DNA of 64,000 nt from Gaiellaceae bacterium (lineage in GTDB: Bacteria; Actinomycetota; Thermoleophilia; Gaiellales; Gaiellaceae). A program made the translations under genes and the position numbers. Under the pieces are notes generated by a model. The model was not told the DNA's origin. It ran no database searches and worked only from the letters and a program-made list of their open reading frames with translations. The stretch covers positions 8,131 to 72,130 of the forward strand of contig JBOHAM010000029.1 in assembly GCA_050697735.1 (NCBI GenBank), given 5' to 3'. This document shows positions 36,049 through 46,026 of the stretch, in pieces. Each line of letters starts with the position of its first letter. The first letter of the stretch is position 1.

Positions 36049-37433
36049 GCGGCTTCGCCGGCCGGCGGGACGTTCTGGTTGAGGCGGAAGAGGTTCGTCG
36101 GGTCGTACCATCGCTTGATCGCCGCGAGCCGGTCCCACGTGGATCCCGGGTAGGCGGCGCGGACCCGCTCCTCGCCCTCGTCGCCGAGGAAGTTCGCGTA
36201 CGCGCCGGCGTCGTCCTGCCGCAGCGCGGCGGCGAGCTCGCTCACCCAGGCCTCGTGGACCGGAGCCTCGTCCGGAGTCGCGTACACCGCCGCCACGTTG
36301 ACCATGATCCGGCTCGTCCGGTGCGCGAACGCGGTGGCCTCGGGAGCCACCCGCGCCATCGCGCCGCCCAGCACGCGGAGCTGGGCCACGGGCATCTGCG
36401 CGCTCGAGCTCCGGAGTCGTTCGAGGATCAGCCCGGCCACCTCGCGGTCGATCGAGTCGACGAACATCGTCCGCGCGGCGGCGAGCGGGCGGTAGTCGGG
36501 GTCGTCCGGCGGGTAGATCTCCGGGTACGGCATCGGCCGGAGCAGGTCGGCGATCGGGGTCGCGAGGGCGCGGAAAGGCGCGAGGGCGCGCTCACCGTCC
36601 TCGGCCCGCCCGGCGTGGACGAGCATCGCCAGCACGACCAGCTCGCCGTGGTGCTCCTCCGGGAGGAAGGGCATCGGCGGTGCGGGCATGACGTTGGCGA
36701 TCCCCGAAAGCTCCTCCGGCGCCTCCTCGGCCGCCGCGATGAACGACGCGATGACCTCTTTCGTGGCGGGCAGGACCAGCATCCCGCCGGTGACCGCCTC
36801 GAGCCGATGCAGGCGGAAGAGGAAGCGGGTGGCGACGCCGAAGTTGCCGCCGCCGCCGCGGATGGCCCAGAAGAGGTCCGGCTCGTGCTCCGCGTCGACC
36901 CTACGGAGCCGGCCGTCGGCCGTGACCACGTCGGCGGCCAGCAGGTCATCGATCGTGAGCCCGTACTTGCGGGCGAGGTAGCCGACGCCGCCGCCGAGGG
37001 TCAGGCCGCCGATTCCCACCGAGCCGGTGTCGCCGAAGCCGACGGCGAGGCCGTGCTCCCACAGCGCGGTGGTGACCTCTCCGGCGGTCAGGCCGGTCTC
37101 CGCCCAGGCGACGCGCCGCTCTGCGTCGATCTGCAGGCCCTTCATGAGCGAGAGGTCGAGCACGAGCCCGCCCTCGGAGACGCCGTGGCCGGCGCCGCTG
37201 TGGCCACCGCTACGGACGGCCAGCTCGAGCCCGCCCTCCCGCGCGAGCGAGACGACGCGAGCGACCTCGCCCGCATCGACCGGACGGACGATCGCCGCCG
37301 GCCGGCGGTCGACGGTCGGGAGGAAAACCGTCCTGGCCTCGTCGTACTCCGCGTCCTCCGGGGCGATCACCTGCCCGGCGAGCTCGGCACGGAGCCTGGG
37401 GATCGAGATGCCTGCTGCCGAGATCGAGGTCAC
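36045..37433 (-). CDS. FAD-linked oxidase with C-terminal BBE domain
   Basis: FAD_binding_4 region LAVRSGGHSGAGHG. BBE-like tail YANFLGDEGEERVRAAY...WYDPTNLFRLNQNV. The GTG start overlaps the cupin stop (GTGA). Confidence 0.85.
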
Positions 37434-38035
37434 AAGGGTCTCCTTCCGGTGGGGTGGTCGTCGGTCCTTGCAGGGAGTGACCGCTCGGCGGCATCGAACT
37501 CATCGGTGCCATAGCCGAGCAGGCGGCCGATCGCGGCGAGCGGGCCCAGGAGTGCCCTCTGGACGGCCGGCGGCGGGACGACGAAGCAGAACTCGTCCTC
37601 GAAAGAGCGCAGCAAGAGGGCCAGCCGCAGCGGGTTTCGGGGGAGTCCGTGGGTGGTGGTCTTCCCCGCGCGCGCAAGTCGGGTCAGGGCCTCGAAGGCC
37701 GTCGCTGTCCTCAGGGCGGGCCTGAAGTCGACGAGGACGTGCAGCTCGCCGGCGCCCGCGTTCCACGCGGCGTGCGGCGTTCCCGCGGGCATGACGACCA
37801 CGTCCCCGGCGCGGTGGTCGCGCTCGACGCCGCCTGCCCGCAGGCCGAGCTCGCCGGACAGCACCTCGAACCGCTGCTCCTGCTGCGGATGGAGGTGGTC
37901 CGGCCCGGTGGCCCACCCGGGGCGGCCGATCCAGTCGACCTGCAGCAGCTCGCCCCTCGTCGTCTCGGCAGTCTCCCGGAACACCGTCCGGAGCCCGGTC
38001 GCGGGATTGACGAGCTCGTCCCCTGCTCTGACCAC
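37430..38035 (-). CDS. Cupin-domain protein
   Basis: Start set at GTG 38035, just after the sigma gene stop at 38053. Cupin motifs GPDHLHPQQEQRFEVLSGEL and GDVVVMPAGTPHAAWN. Confidence 0.68.
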   Translation of the reverse strand: MVRAGDELVNPATGLRTVFRETAETTRGELLQVDWIGRPGWATGPDHLHPQQEQRFEVLSGELGLRAGGVERDHRAGDVVVMPAGTPHAAWNAGAGELHVLVDFRPALRTATAFEALTRLARAGKTTTHGLPRNPLRLALLLRSFEDEFCFVVPPPAVQRALLGPLAAIGRLLGYGTDEFDAAERSLPARTDDHPTGRRPL

Positions 38036-38052
38036 TGCGCAGCCCGCCGATG

Positions 38053-38757
38053 TCAGACGTTGACGGTGGTCGCGGGCTCCTCGTGCAGCAGCGCGACGAT
38101 CGCGTCGGCGTCGGCGCGCACGGTGGCGGCGAGGATGCGCTCGAGCATGGCCCGTTCCTGCGCGCTCGGATCCGACTCCGACGCCCACTCGAGCCGGCGG
38201 CGCGGCAGGCGTCGTCTCAGGTTCTCCCGCGCCCTCTGAAGAGCGCTGTTCACGGAGGCGACGCTCATGTCGAGCAGCTCCGCGGTCTCCTTCGCCGACC
38301 AGCCGATGACGTCGCGGACGACCAGCACCGACCGTTGCCTCGGCGGCAGGTGCTGGACCGCTGCGAGGAACGCGAGCTCGACGGTCTCCTTCGAGACGAG
38401 CTCGTCCTCGGGCTCGGCATCCGTGGACGCGACCTCGTCGATCAGCCCCCGCTCGTCTCCCTGGGCCCGGCGGGACCGCCGCTCCAGCGCGCTGAGGCTC
38501 GCGTTGGTGGCGATCCGGTAGAGCCAGGCACGGAACGAGGAGCGGCCCTCGAAGCTCTCGCGCATGCGCCAGGCGCGCAAGAACGTCTCCTGCATCAGGT
38601 CCTCGGACTCCTCGTGCGAGCGGACGATGCGGTAGGCATGCGCCTGCAGCTCGCGCCGGTAGCGGTCGACGAGCTGCGAGAAAGCCACCTCGTCGCCCGC
38701 CGTCGCGGCGGCCACGAGCACGTCCACCTCGCCCGGCCGGATGCCTCTCGCGCTCAT
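38053..38757 (-). CDS. ECF sigma-70 factor with only a stub of the NTF2/SnoaL-like C-terminal extension
   Basis: Region 2: FSQLVDRYRRELQAHAYRIV...FRAWLYRIATN. Region 4: VLVVRDVIGWSAKETAELLDMSVASVNSALQRAR. The tail ERAMLERILAATVRADADAIVALLHEEPATTVNV then stops. Confidence 0.85.
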   Translation of the reverse strand: MSARGIRPGEVDVLVAAATAGDEVAFSQLVDRYRRELQAHAYRIVRSHEESEDLMQETFLRAWRMRESFEGRSSFRAWLYRIATNASLSALERRSRRAQGDERGLIDEVASTDAEPEDELVSKETVELAFLAAVQHLPPRQRSVLVVRDVIGWSAKETAELLDMSVASVNSALQRARENLRRRLPRRRLEWASESDPSAQERAMLERILAATVRADADAIVALLHEEPATTVNV

Positions 38758-38850
38758 GATCCCATCTGAGCGAAAGGCCCCTCTCCGGCGCGTCGGGGAG
38801 CTCCCCGAATCGCCTCCCTGATATTGGGTGGACCGTGGCGTGTACGGGGG

Positions 38851-41751
38851 TCAGGCGCTCGCCGCCGGAATCTGCCCGCCGAGTGCCTGAGCCAGCTTTC
38901 CCCGACCCGAGATGCCGAGCTTGCGGTAGACGCGGCCGAGGTGAGTCTCGACGGTCTTGCGCGTCACGAACAGGGCCTGCGCGATCTCGGGGTTGCTGTG
39001 GCCCTGGGCCGCGAGCTCGGCGACGCGGCGCTCCGAGACCGTGAGCTGCTCGACCCCCGTGCCGTGCGGATCGCTGACCTGACCGCCGGCGGCGCGCAGC
39101 TCGGTCCGGGCGTGCTCGGCGGGCGCGCCCGCACCGCAGCGCTCCGCGAGCTCGAGGCCTCGCTCGAGCGCACCGCGAGACTCAGCGCGGCGGTTGGCCC
39201 TTCGCAGCGCGGCGCCCAGGTCGACGAGCGCCCGCGCGTGCCCGAGCCGCGCCGGCGAGCGCTCGAACGCCTCCACGGCCTCCTGCAATCGCTCCAGGGA
39301 CACCGGCTCGCCGACGAGGGCAATCGCGTGCAACGCCGTTCCTATGCCGCTCGCGGCCCCCCAGCGTTGCGCCCGCTCGAAGTCGTCGCCGGCCGTCGTC
39401 CGGGCCGCTTCGGCATCCCCCAGGGAAGCGAGCGCGAGGGCGGCACGCGAGCGCCAGCGCGAGGCGAGCGGGTTGGCGCCTCCCCAGAGCTCGTCGCGGC
39501 GCCCGAACTCGGTCAGGTCGTCCAGCGCCTCGCGCGCTCGACCCTGCGCGAGGCGCAGGATGCCCCGCGACTCCAGGAGGAGGTTGTTGGGCAGGCCGGG
39601 CGGGATCTCGCTCCCGAGGCCGCTGGCGTCGAGGGCGCGCTCGGCCGCCTCGAGCTCGCCGGCCTCGACCAGCGCCTGGATGCGGACCCCGAGCGCCAGC
39701 CTCGTGCCGAGGGGTATGTCGCGGTCGCTGAGCAGGTCGAACGCCGTCCGCGCCTCGTCCTCCGCCCGAGCGACCTCACCTCGACGCAGGGACGCGACGG
39801 CCTGGTGGGCGAGGACGAAGGCCACGGCCGGGATCGAGACCCGGGCGCGCGCCTCGGCGAGCATCCGGGCCATGACCTCCTCGGCGAGGTCGAGCGCCTC
39901 CGTGGCGAGCAGGCCGACGACGAGCACGTAGATCGGGGGCGCGACGTCGATCTGCTGCTCGTCCAGCAGCCGGCCACCGGCGAGAGCCCGCTCGATGTGA
40001 GCCGCGGCCTCCGCCGCCGACTCGCTCGCCCGGGCCCGCTCGAAGGCGATGCTCGCCAGCACCAGGCGCTCGCCCGGCGTCGCGCCCTCGAGCCGGCGGT
40101 GCCGCTCCAGCCGCCTCGCCGCCGGAGCGCGGGCGTCTCGGCTCGCCTCCTGTGCGTGGGCGGCCAGCTCGGCCTCGAGGTGGAGCGCGAGCTCCCGGTC
40201 GTGGGGCTCGACAACCTCGATCGCCGCGTCCAGCGCCTCGACGGCGCGGTCGGCGTCGCCCGACCACGTGAGGGCGTTCGCCAGCAGGCGGGCCGAGGTC
40301 GCGAGCAGCGCCGGCTCCCGGATCTCGTCGCCCGCGGCGGCGAGGTGATCGGCCGCCTCGGGGGCGGCGACGCGGAGCTCGGCCGACCCGAGCTCGAGGA
40401 GCACGGCCGCCCTGGCCTGCTCCTCCGGCGGCTCGGCGAGAGCTCGTCCGAGCCAGGCGACGGCGGCGGCCGGCGCCCCGCGACAGAGCGCGTCGGCGGC
40501 CACGCGGCGGAGGAGCGCGACCCGCTCGGGGTCGCCCGCCGGCTCCGCCGCGACCATCTGAGCCGCGACCCGCTCGTCGGACGCGCCGGCCGCCGCGAGG
40601 ATGTCCGCCGCCCGCGCGTGCGCGGCCGCGCGCTCGTGGGCGCCGATGTCGGCGTAGACGGCCTCCCGCACGATCGGGTGCGCGAACTCGAGCCGCTCGG
40701 CCGACCTGAGGATGCCGAGCGCGATCAGCAGGTCGGCGGCGCGCGCGGCCTCCTCGTCTGGGAGGTCGGCCAGGCGGGCAGCCTCGGCGAGCCCGGCGCG
40801 GTCGCCGACCACCGCCACCGCCCGCACGAGCGCGGTCGCGGCCGGAGGCCGCTCGGCGAGGTGGAGCAGCACGGCCTCCGCGACCACGGCAGGACCGATC
40901 TGCCGCACGCGCTCCGCCTCACGGGCGTCGGGCGTGAGGCCCCGCTCCCCCACCTCGCGCAGGAGCGCCTCGAGAAAGAACGGGTTCCCACCGGTCGCCT
41001 CGCGGCAGGCGATCGCAAACTCGGGCGCCACGTCGCCGTCGAGCAGGCGCTCGCACAGCCTCACGGTCGCGCCGGTGCTCAGCGGCCGCGGTCGCAGGAC
41101 GGTCGTCTCGGGTCCGGCCGCCAGGCGGGCGAGGTCCGCCGTGACGTCCTCGCCGCTCCGCGAGGAGGCGAACACGCCGAGCGGGAGGCCGTCGAGCCGG
41201 GGAGCGAGGTAGTTCAGGAAGCGCAGCGACTCGGTGTCCGCCCAGTGGATGTCGTCCACGGCGAGGGCGACTGGGCCCTCCTCGGCGACGTTGTTGAGGA
41301 GCCAGTAGAGGCCGTGCAGCATCGAGAAGACGTCCGTCGGGGCGGAGGGCGGTGGGACGAAGAGCGGCTTCGAGAGCGCCGCCGCGCCGGCGAACAGGCG
41401 CTTGCGCTCGGGCTCGGAGACCCGCGCGACGACCGGCTCGAGCAGCTGCCGCACGCACCCGTAGGCGAAGTCGCGCTCGAGCTCGGTGGCCCGAGCCCGT
41501 AGGCAGGCGAAGCCCGCCTCGGCAGCGGTCGCGCACGCCTCCTCGAGGAGGCTCGTCTTGCCGAGCCCGGCCGCGGCCTCGACGAGGACGACGCGACCGC
41601 GGCCCTCCTGCGCGAGGACGAGCACGTTGCGGAACTCGGCGAGCTCGCGCTCGCGCTCGAGGAGCGGCACGAATCTCACTCGTTCGGGGTCGGCGGCTGT
41701 CGGCCCGGGTACCGACTCCACGGCGGCGCCGGGCGGTCGGTTCGCGTTCAC
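38851..41751 (-). CDS. LAL-type large ATP-binding LuxR-family regulator
   Basis: Walker A VEAAAGLGKTSLL. Long helical/TPR-like middle. C-terminal HTH LTVSERRVAELAAQGHSNPEIAQALFVTRKTVETHLGRVYRKLGI. 966 aa. Confidence 0.85.
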   Translation of the reverse strand: MNANRPPGAAVESVPGPTAADPERVRFVPLLERERELAEFRNVLVLAQEGRGRVVLVEAAAGLGKTSLLEEACATAAEAGFACLRARATELERDFAYGCVRQLLEPVVARVSEPERKRLFAGAAALSKPLFVPPPSAPTDVFSMLHGLYWLLNNVAEEGPVALAVDDIHWADTESLRFLNYLAPRLDGLPLGVFASSRSGEDVTADLARLAAGPETTVLRPRPLSTGATVRLCERLLDGDVAPEFAIACREATGGNPFFLEALLREVGERGLTPDAREAERVRQIGPAVVAEAVLLHLAERPPAATALVRAVAVVGDRAGLAEAARLADLPDEEAARAADLLIALGILRSAERLEFAHPIVREAVYADIGAHERAAAHARAADILAAAGASDERVAAQMVAAEPAGDPERVALLRRVAADALCRGAPAAAVAWLGRALAEPPEEQARAAVLLELGSAELRVAAPEAADHLAAAGDEIREPALLATSARLLANALTWSGDADRAVEALDAAIEVVEPHDRELALHLEAELAAHAQEASRDARAPAARRLERHRRLEGATPGERLVLASIAFERARASESAAEAAAHIERALAGGRLLDEQQIDVAPPIYVLVVGLLATEALDLAEEVMARMLAEARARVSIPAVAFVLAHQAVASLRRGEVARAEDEARTAFDLLSDRDIPLGTRLALGVRIQALVEAGELEAAERALDASGLGSEIPPGLPNNLLLESRGILRLAQGRAREALDDLTEFGRRDELWGGANPLASRWRSRAALALASLGDAEAARTTAGDDFERAQRWGAASGIGTALHAIALVGEPVSLERLQEAVEAFERSPARLGHARALVDLGAALRRANRRAESRGALERGLELAERCGAGAPAEHARTELRAAGGQVSDPHGTGVEQLTVSERRVAELAAQGHSNPEIAQALFVTRKTVETHLGRVYRKLGISGRGKLAQALGGQIPAASA

Positions 41752-41827
41752 CCGGGCATGTTGTCACGGCGCAGGGGACCGCCGGAGCGCCTGTGCGCTG
41801 ACGGCGCGTGGCCCGGCGACCAGCCGG

Positions 41828-42670
41828 CTACTTGCTCCGGTAGAGCCGCACCGTGATCGGCGCGAACACCGCGGCCAGCACCGCTGCGCTGACCAGCACG
41901 AAGGCGATGTCGCCGGCCGTCGCCGTGCCGGCCATCAGCCCGCGCGACGCGGTCACGAGGTGGGAGACCGGGTTGACCTCGACGAACGCCTCGAGCCAGC
42001 TCGGAAGGGTCTCCGGGTCGACGAAGACGTTGCTCAGGAAGGTGAGCGGGAAGATCCCCATGAAACCGGCGTTCATGACGGCGTTCGGCGTGCGCAGCAA
42101 GAGGCCGAGCGTGGTGAAGACCCACGCGAGCCCGAAGGCGAAGACGACCACCAGAGCGACGGCCGCCACGACGCCGCCGACCCCCGCCTCTGGCCGGAAG
42201 CCGATCGCCACCCCGACCGCGACGACCACGACGGCGCCCACCACGTAGCGCACGCTGTCGCCTAGCACGGATCCGACGAGCGGCGCAAAGCGCGGGATCG
42301 GCAGCGAGCGGAAGCGGTCGACGACCCCCTTCGTGACGTCGGTGTTGAGCGCCACGCCCGAGTAGACCGTGGTGAAGAGGACGGACATCACCATGATCCC
42401 CGGCAGCAGGAACTCGAGGTACTCGGCGGTCGAGCCGGAGATCGCCCCGCCGAAGATGTACGTGAACATGAGCACGAACAGCACCGGCGTGATCGTGACG
42501 TCGACGAGCTGCTCGGGGACGTGCTTCACCTTCAGCATCCCTCGCCACCCGAACGTCAGGCAGGCGGACAGGGCGCTCGCGCGCGGTGGGCGCTCGCGCG
42601 GCGCGAGCGCCGCGTGGAGCGCCTGCTCGTCGCGCGCGGTGCGGGCGCCGGTCGTGGGTGCGGTGCTCAT
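41828..42670 (-). CDS. ABC-2 type exporter permease (DrrB-like)
   Basis: Start ATG 42670 overlaps the ATPase stop (ATGA). [38 protein letters not shown]. 6 TMS. Confidence 0.85.
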   Translation of the reverse strand: MSTAPTTGARTARDEQALHAALAPRERPPRASALSACLTFGWRGMLKVKHVPEQLVDVTITPVLFVLMFTYIFGGAISGSTAEYLEFLLPGIMVMSVLFTTVYSGVALNTDVTKGVVDRFRSLPIPRFAPLVGSVLGDSVRYVVGAVVVVAVGVAIGFRPEAGVGGVVAAVALVVVFAFGLAWVFTTLGLLLRTPNAVMNAGFMGIFPLTFLSNVFVDPETLPSWLEAFVEVNPVSHLVTASRGLMAGTATAGDIAFVLVSAAVLAAVFAPITVRLYRSK

Positions 42671-43665
42671 CGCGCCTCCTTCTCGGCCGCAACGGGCTCC
42701 TCGTCGGCCTCGGCCTCCTCGGCCGGGCGGCCGGTGAGCGCCAGGAAGACCTCGTCGAGGCTCGGCTGGCCGAGGGAGAAGCCGGCCACCTCGACGCCGA
42801 CGCGGGAAAGCTCCGCCAGGGCCTCGGCGGCGCGCTCGGGCCGGGCGCAGCCGACCGACAGCGCGGCCGGGTCCGGCTCCAGATAGACCTCGACGTCGAG
42901 CGCGCGCGCGAGCGCCTGCTCGGCGGCCGGCCGCTGCTCCGGGTCGAGGAGGCGAACGTGCAGGGCGCCGGAGCCGACCGAGGCCTTGAGCTGCGCGGGC
43001 GTGCCCTCGGCGATCACCTTGCCGTGGTCGATCACGGCGATACCGTCGGCGAGCTGGTCGGCCTCGTCGAGGTACTGCGTGCAGAGCAGGACGGTGGTGC
43101 CGTCGGCGACCAGGGCCCGGACGATGTCCCAGACCTGGTTGCGGGAGCGCGGGTCGAGGCCGGTGGTCGGCTCGTCCAGGAACATCAGCTTCGGCGTCAC
43201 CACGATGCTGGCGGCGATGTCGAGGCGCCGGCGCATGCCGCCCGAGTAGTTCTTCGTGAGGCGCCCGGCCGCCTCGACCAGGTCGAAGGCCTCGAGCAGC
43301 TCGGCCGCCCGCACCTTTGCCTGCGCCCGTCGGAGGCCCAGCAGCCGGCCGATCAGGACGAGGTTCTCCTGGCCGGTGAGGTCCTCGTCGACCGAGGCGA
43401 GCTGGCCGGTCAGGCTGACGACGCTGCGGACCGCGTCGGCCTCCTCGACGATGTCGTGGCCGAGAACGCGGGCCTCGCCTTCGTCCGGGCGCAGCAGGGT
43501 GGCGAGCATCCGGACAGTCGTCGTCTTGCCGGCGCCGTTCGGGCCGAGGATGCCGTACACGCTCCCGGCGCGCACGGCGAGATCGACGCCGTCGACGGCC
43601 TGCGTCTTGCCGAAGGCCTTGCGCAGGCCGGAGGCTTCGATGGCTAGGGCGGAGTTCGCTGTCAA
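42667..43665 (-). CDS. ABC transporter ATP-binding protein (DrrA-like)
   Basis: Walker [13 protein letters not shown], signature [12 protein letters not shown], Walker [13 protein letters not shown]. 332 aa. Confidence 0.9.
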   Translation of the reverse strand: MTANSALAIEASGLRKAFGKTQAVDGVDLAVRAGSVYGILGPNGAGKTTTVRMLATLLRPDEGEARVLGHDIVEEADAVRSVVSLTGQLASVDEDLTGQENLVLIGRLLGLRRAQAKVRAAELLEAFDLVEAAGRLTKNYSGGMRRRLDIAASIVVTPKLMFLDEPTTGLDPRSRNQVWDIVRALVADGTTVLLCTQYLDEADQLADGIAVIDHGKVIAEGTPAQLKASVGSGALHVRLLDPEQRPAAEQALARALDVEVYLEPDPAALSVGCARPERAAEALAELSRVGVEVAGFSLGQPSLDEVFLALTGRPAEEAEADEEPVAAEKEAR

Positions 43666-43784
43666 GGTGGCTCCTGGGAGGATCTGTACACGTTAACGAC
43701 ACCCGTGCGCGGCCAAACTCATCGGCGCTGCTAGCCTCGGACTTCGATCCGGAAAAACGCAACCACGAGGAGGTGAGCCGCCCA

Positions 43785-44075
43785 GTGCTCACGCTCACCG
43801 GCGATGCAGTCCAAGCAGTAAAGACGATCGCAGAAGCGTCCCCGGAGCTCCCGGACGAGTCCGGGCTTCGTATCCAGGCTCAGCCGACTGCCGACGGACA
43901 GGTCTCCTTCGGCCTCACGATGGTCGAGAGCCCCGGCGAGGACGACCAGGTCGTCGAGGAAGGCGGCGCACGTGTCTTCGTCGAGCCTGAGACAGCCCTC
44001 GTCCTCGAGGACAAGGTGCTCGACGCGACCGTCGTCGGCAACCAGGTGCAGTTCAGCCTCAGCGAGCAGGTCTAG
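43785..44075 (+). CDS. HesB/IscA-fold small protein lacking all cysteines
   Basis: GTG 43785 is preferred: RBS GAGGAGG at 43767-43773 lies 11 nt upstream. The track start GTG 43773 overlaps that RBS. VLTLTGDAVQAVKTI...GLRIQA...GFGLTMVESPGEDDQVVEEGGARVFVEP has an IscA-like layout. There is no Cys anywhere. Confidence 0.6.
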   Translation: MLTLTGDAVQAVKTIAEASPELPDESGLRIQAQPTADGQVSFGLTMVESPGEDDQVVEEGGARVFVEPETALVLEDKVLDATVVGNQVQFSLSEQV

Positions 44076-44089
44076 GAGGCAGGACGGAC

Positions 44090-44115
44090 GGAGGGGCCGT
44101 TCGCGCGGCCCCTCC
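44090..44115 (+). terminator. Hairpin after the HesB-like gene
   Basis: Perfect 10-bp stem ggaggggccg-ttcgcg-cggcccctcc, 15 nt after the stop. Confidence 0.6.
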
Positions 44116-44138
44116 GCTCCGCCGAGTACCCTCTCCCC

Positions 44139-44666
44139 ATGCGGCGCGGCGAAGGCGACGAGCCACGCGAGGACGACTGGCTTGCCCAGGAGGACTGGCT
44201 CGAGGCTCCGACCCAGGAGACTCCGCCCAGCGCCCCGCGCCGCCGGCTCGCGCAGCCGCCTCCGGGGACGCCGAGCCGTCGGCTCCTCGCCCTCGTCGCG
44301 GGCGTCTCTCTCCTGCTCATCATCATCCTGATCGCGATCTTCTCGGGCGACGACGACCCGGCCGAGCAGGCGACGCCCACGACGACGCCGACCGAGACGG
44401 CTTCCGCTCCCGCACCGGAGGCGCCGCCGGAGCTGCAGATTCCCGAGAGCGGCACGCTCGCGGAGGGCGACACGGGGCCCCGCGTGCGCAGGCTCCAGCG
44501 CGCCCTCGCGGAGCTCGGCTACGACGTGACCCCCGACGGGGCGTTCGGCCCCGGAACCACCGCCGCCGTCCGCGCCTTCCAGGCGGACGCCGGCCTCCCC
44601 GACGACGGCGTCGCCGGCCCGGAGACCGCACGCGCCGTGAACGAGGCGCTCGCCGAGGGTCAGTAG
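44139..44666 (+). CDS. Membrane-anchored protein with C-terminal peptidoglycan-binding (PG_binding_1) domain
   Basis: TM LLALVAGVSLLLIIILIAIF. C-terminal GDTGPRVRRLQRALAELGYDVTPDGAFGPGTTAAVRAFQADAGLPDDGVAGPET. Confidence 0.72.
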   Translation: MRRGEGDEPREDDWLAQEDWLEAPTQETPPSAPRRRLAQPPPGTPSRRLLALVAGVSLLLIIILIAIFSGDDDPAEQATPTTTPTETASAPAPEAPPELQIPESGTLAEGDTGPRVRRLQRALAELGYDVTPDGAFGPGTTAAVRAFQADAGLPDDGVAGPETARAVNEALAEGQ

Positions 44667-44690
44667 CGGGGCCCGACTAGACTCGGGCCC

Positions 44691-46007
44691 GTGGAACGCG
44701 AGCCGCTGGGAGTCCTGGGCGCCGGCTGGGTCGGACTCGTCACCGCCGCGTGCTTCGCCGAGCTGGGGCACCGCGTCACGGTGCGCGACGTGCTCCCCGA
44801 GCGAATCGCGGCGCTCTCGGCCGGCGACGTGCCGATCCACGAGGAGGGCCTCGCCGACCTGCTCGAACGGAATCGCGATCGCCTTCGCTTCACCCTCGAG
44901 CTCGGCGACGTCGTCGAGACGGCGGGCATTGTGTTCGCCTGCGTCGGCACGCCCTCGACGGCCTCGGGAGACGCCGACCTCTCCGCGGTCTGGCGCGTCG
45001 TCGACGAGCTCGAGGGGCTCGAGGAGCGGCTCGTGCTCGTGATGAAGAGCACCGTCCCGGTGGGCACCGGCGAGCGCGTTCGAGCCCGACTCGACGCCCG
45101 AGGGCTCGCGCACGTCGGCTACGTCTCGAATCCGGAGTTCCTCGCCGAGGGGACGGCGATCACGAACTTCACCCAGCCGGACCGCGTCGTGGTCGGCGCG
45201 TTCGCGGTGGCCGACGGCGACAGCGTGGCCGAGCTGTTCGAGCCGCTCGCCGCGCCGATGGTGCGGACGGACGTCGCCTCGGCGGAGATGATCAAGCTCG
45301 CCTCGAACGCGGCGCTCGTCACGCGGATCAGCTTCATCAACGAGATCGCGAACGTCTGCGAGCTCGTGGGCGCCGATGTCGAGGAGGTGGCGCGAGGTCT
45401 CGGGCTGGATCACCGGCTCGGCCCGCACTTCCTGCGTGCAGGCATCGGCTACGGGGGCTCGTGCTTCCCGAAGGACGCCTCGGCGCTGAAGCAGATCGCG
45501 GCCAACTCCGGGTACCACTTCCAGCTCCTCACGGCCGTGATCGAGGTGAACGAGCTCCAGAAGCGGCGCGTCATCCAGAAGCTCCAGGCCCATCTGGGCT
45601 CCCTGCGAGGACGGACGATCGCGCTCCTGGGCCTCGCCTTCAAGCCACATACGAACGACCTGCGCGACGCGCCGAGCCTCGTCCTCGCGCCGCGCCTCCT
45701 GACCGAGGGCGCGATCGTCCGCGCCTGGGACCCGGTCGCGCTCGACGAGGCCCGGACGCTCCTCGGAGGGGTGGAGTTCGCCGACACGGTCCTCGAGGCG
45801 GTCGACGGCGCCGACGCGGCCGTGATCGTCACGGAGTGGCCCGAGCTCCGCGAGCTCGCGTCACCCGAGGTCCGGCAGGCGATGCGAGAGCCGCTGATCG
45901 TCGACGGCCGGAACCTGCTCGACCCGGCGACCGTCCGCGCGGCGGGCTTCGCCTACGAATCGGTGGGCCGACCCTCGGGTCTCGTGTCCCACCCCTCCGT
46001 GGTCTGA
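44691..46007 (+). CDS. ugd: UDP-glucose 6-dehydrogenase
   Basis: Rossmann VLGAGWVGLVTAACFAELGH. Catalytic Cys motif GYGGSCFPKD. 438 aa. GTG start. Confidence 0.9.
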   Translation: MEREPLGVLGAGWVGLVTAACFAELGHRVTVRDVLPERIAALSAGDVPIHEEGLADLLERNRDRLRFTLELGDVVETAGIVFACVGTPSTASGDADLSAVWRVVDELEGLEERLVLVMKSTVPVGTGERVRARLDARGLAHVGYVSNPEFLAEGTAITNFTQPDRVVVGAFAVADGDSVAELFEPLAAPMVRTDVASAEMIKLASNAALVTRISFINEIANVCELVGADVEEVARGLGLDHRLGPHFLRAGIGYGGSCFPKDASALKQIAANSGYHFQLLTAVIEVNELQKRRVIQKLQAHLGSLRGRTIALLGLAFKPHTNDLRDAPSLVLAPRLLTEGAIVRAWDPVALDEARTLLGGVEFADTVLEAVDGADAAVIVTEWPELRELASPEVRQAMREPLIVDGRNLLDPATVRAAGFAYESVGRPSGLVSHPSVV

Positions 46008-46026
46008 CCTGACCTCCCTGCCCGAG

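Noticed and set aside
38794-38807. 14-nt palindrome cggggagctccccg between the LAL regulator stop and the ECF sigma start
   Set aside because: It has no loop, so it would form only a 5-bp stem. Several such GC-rich palindromes are expected by chance in 64 kb of this composition. There is no supporting repeat elsewhere in the window.
44669-44690. 8-bp hairpin gggcccga-ctagac-tcgggccc abutting the ugd GTG start
   Set aside because: The stem is short and the significance marginal. It could be a weak terminator for the PG-binding gene or nothing at all. I cannot distinguish these without transcript data.
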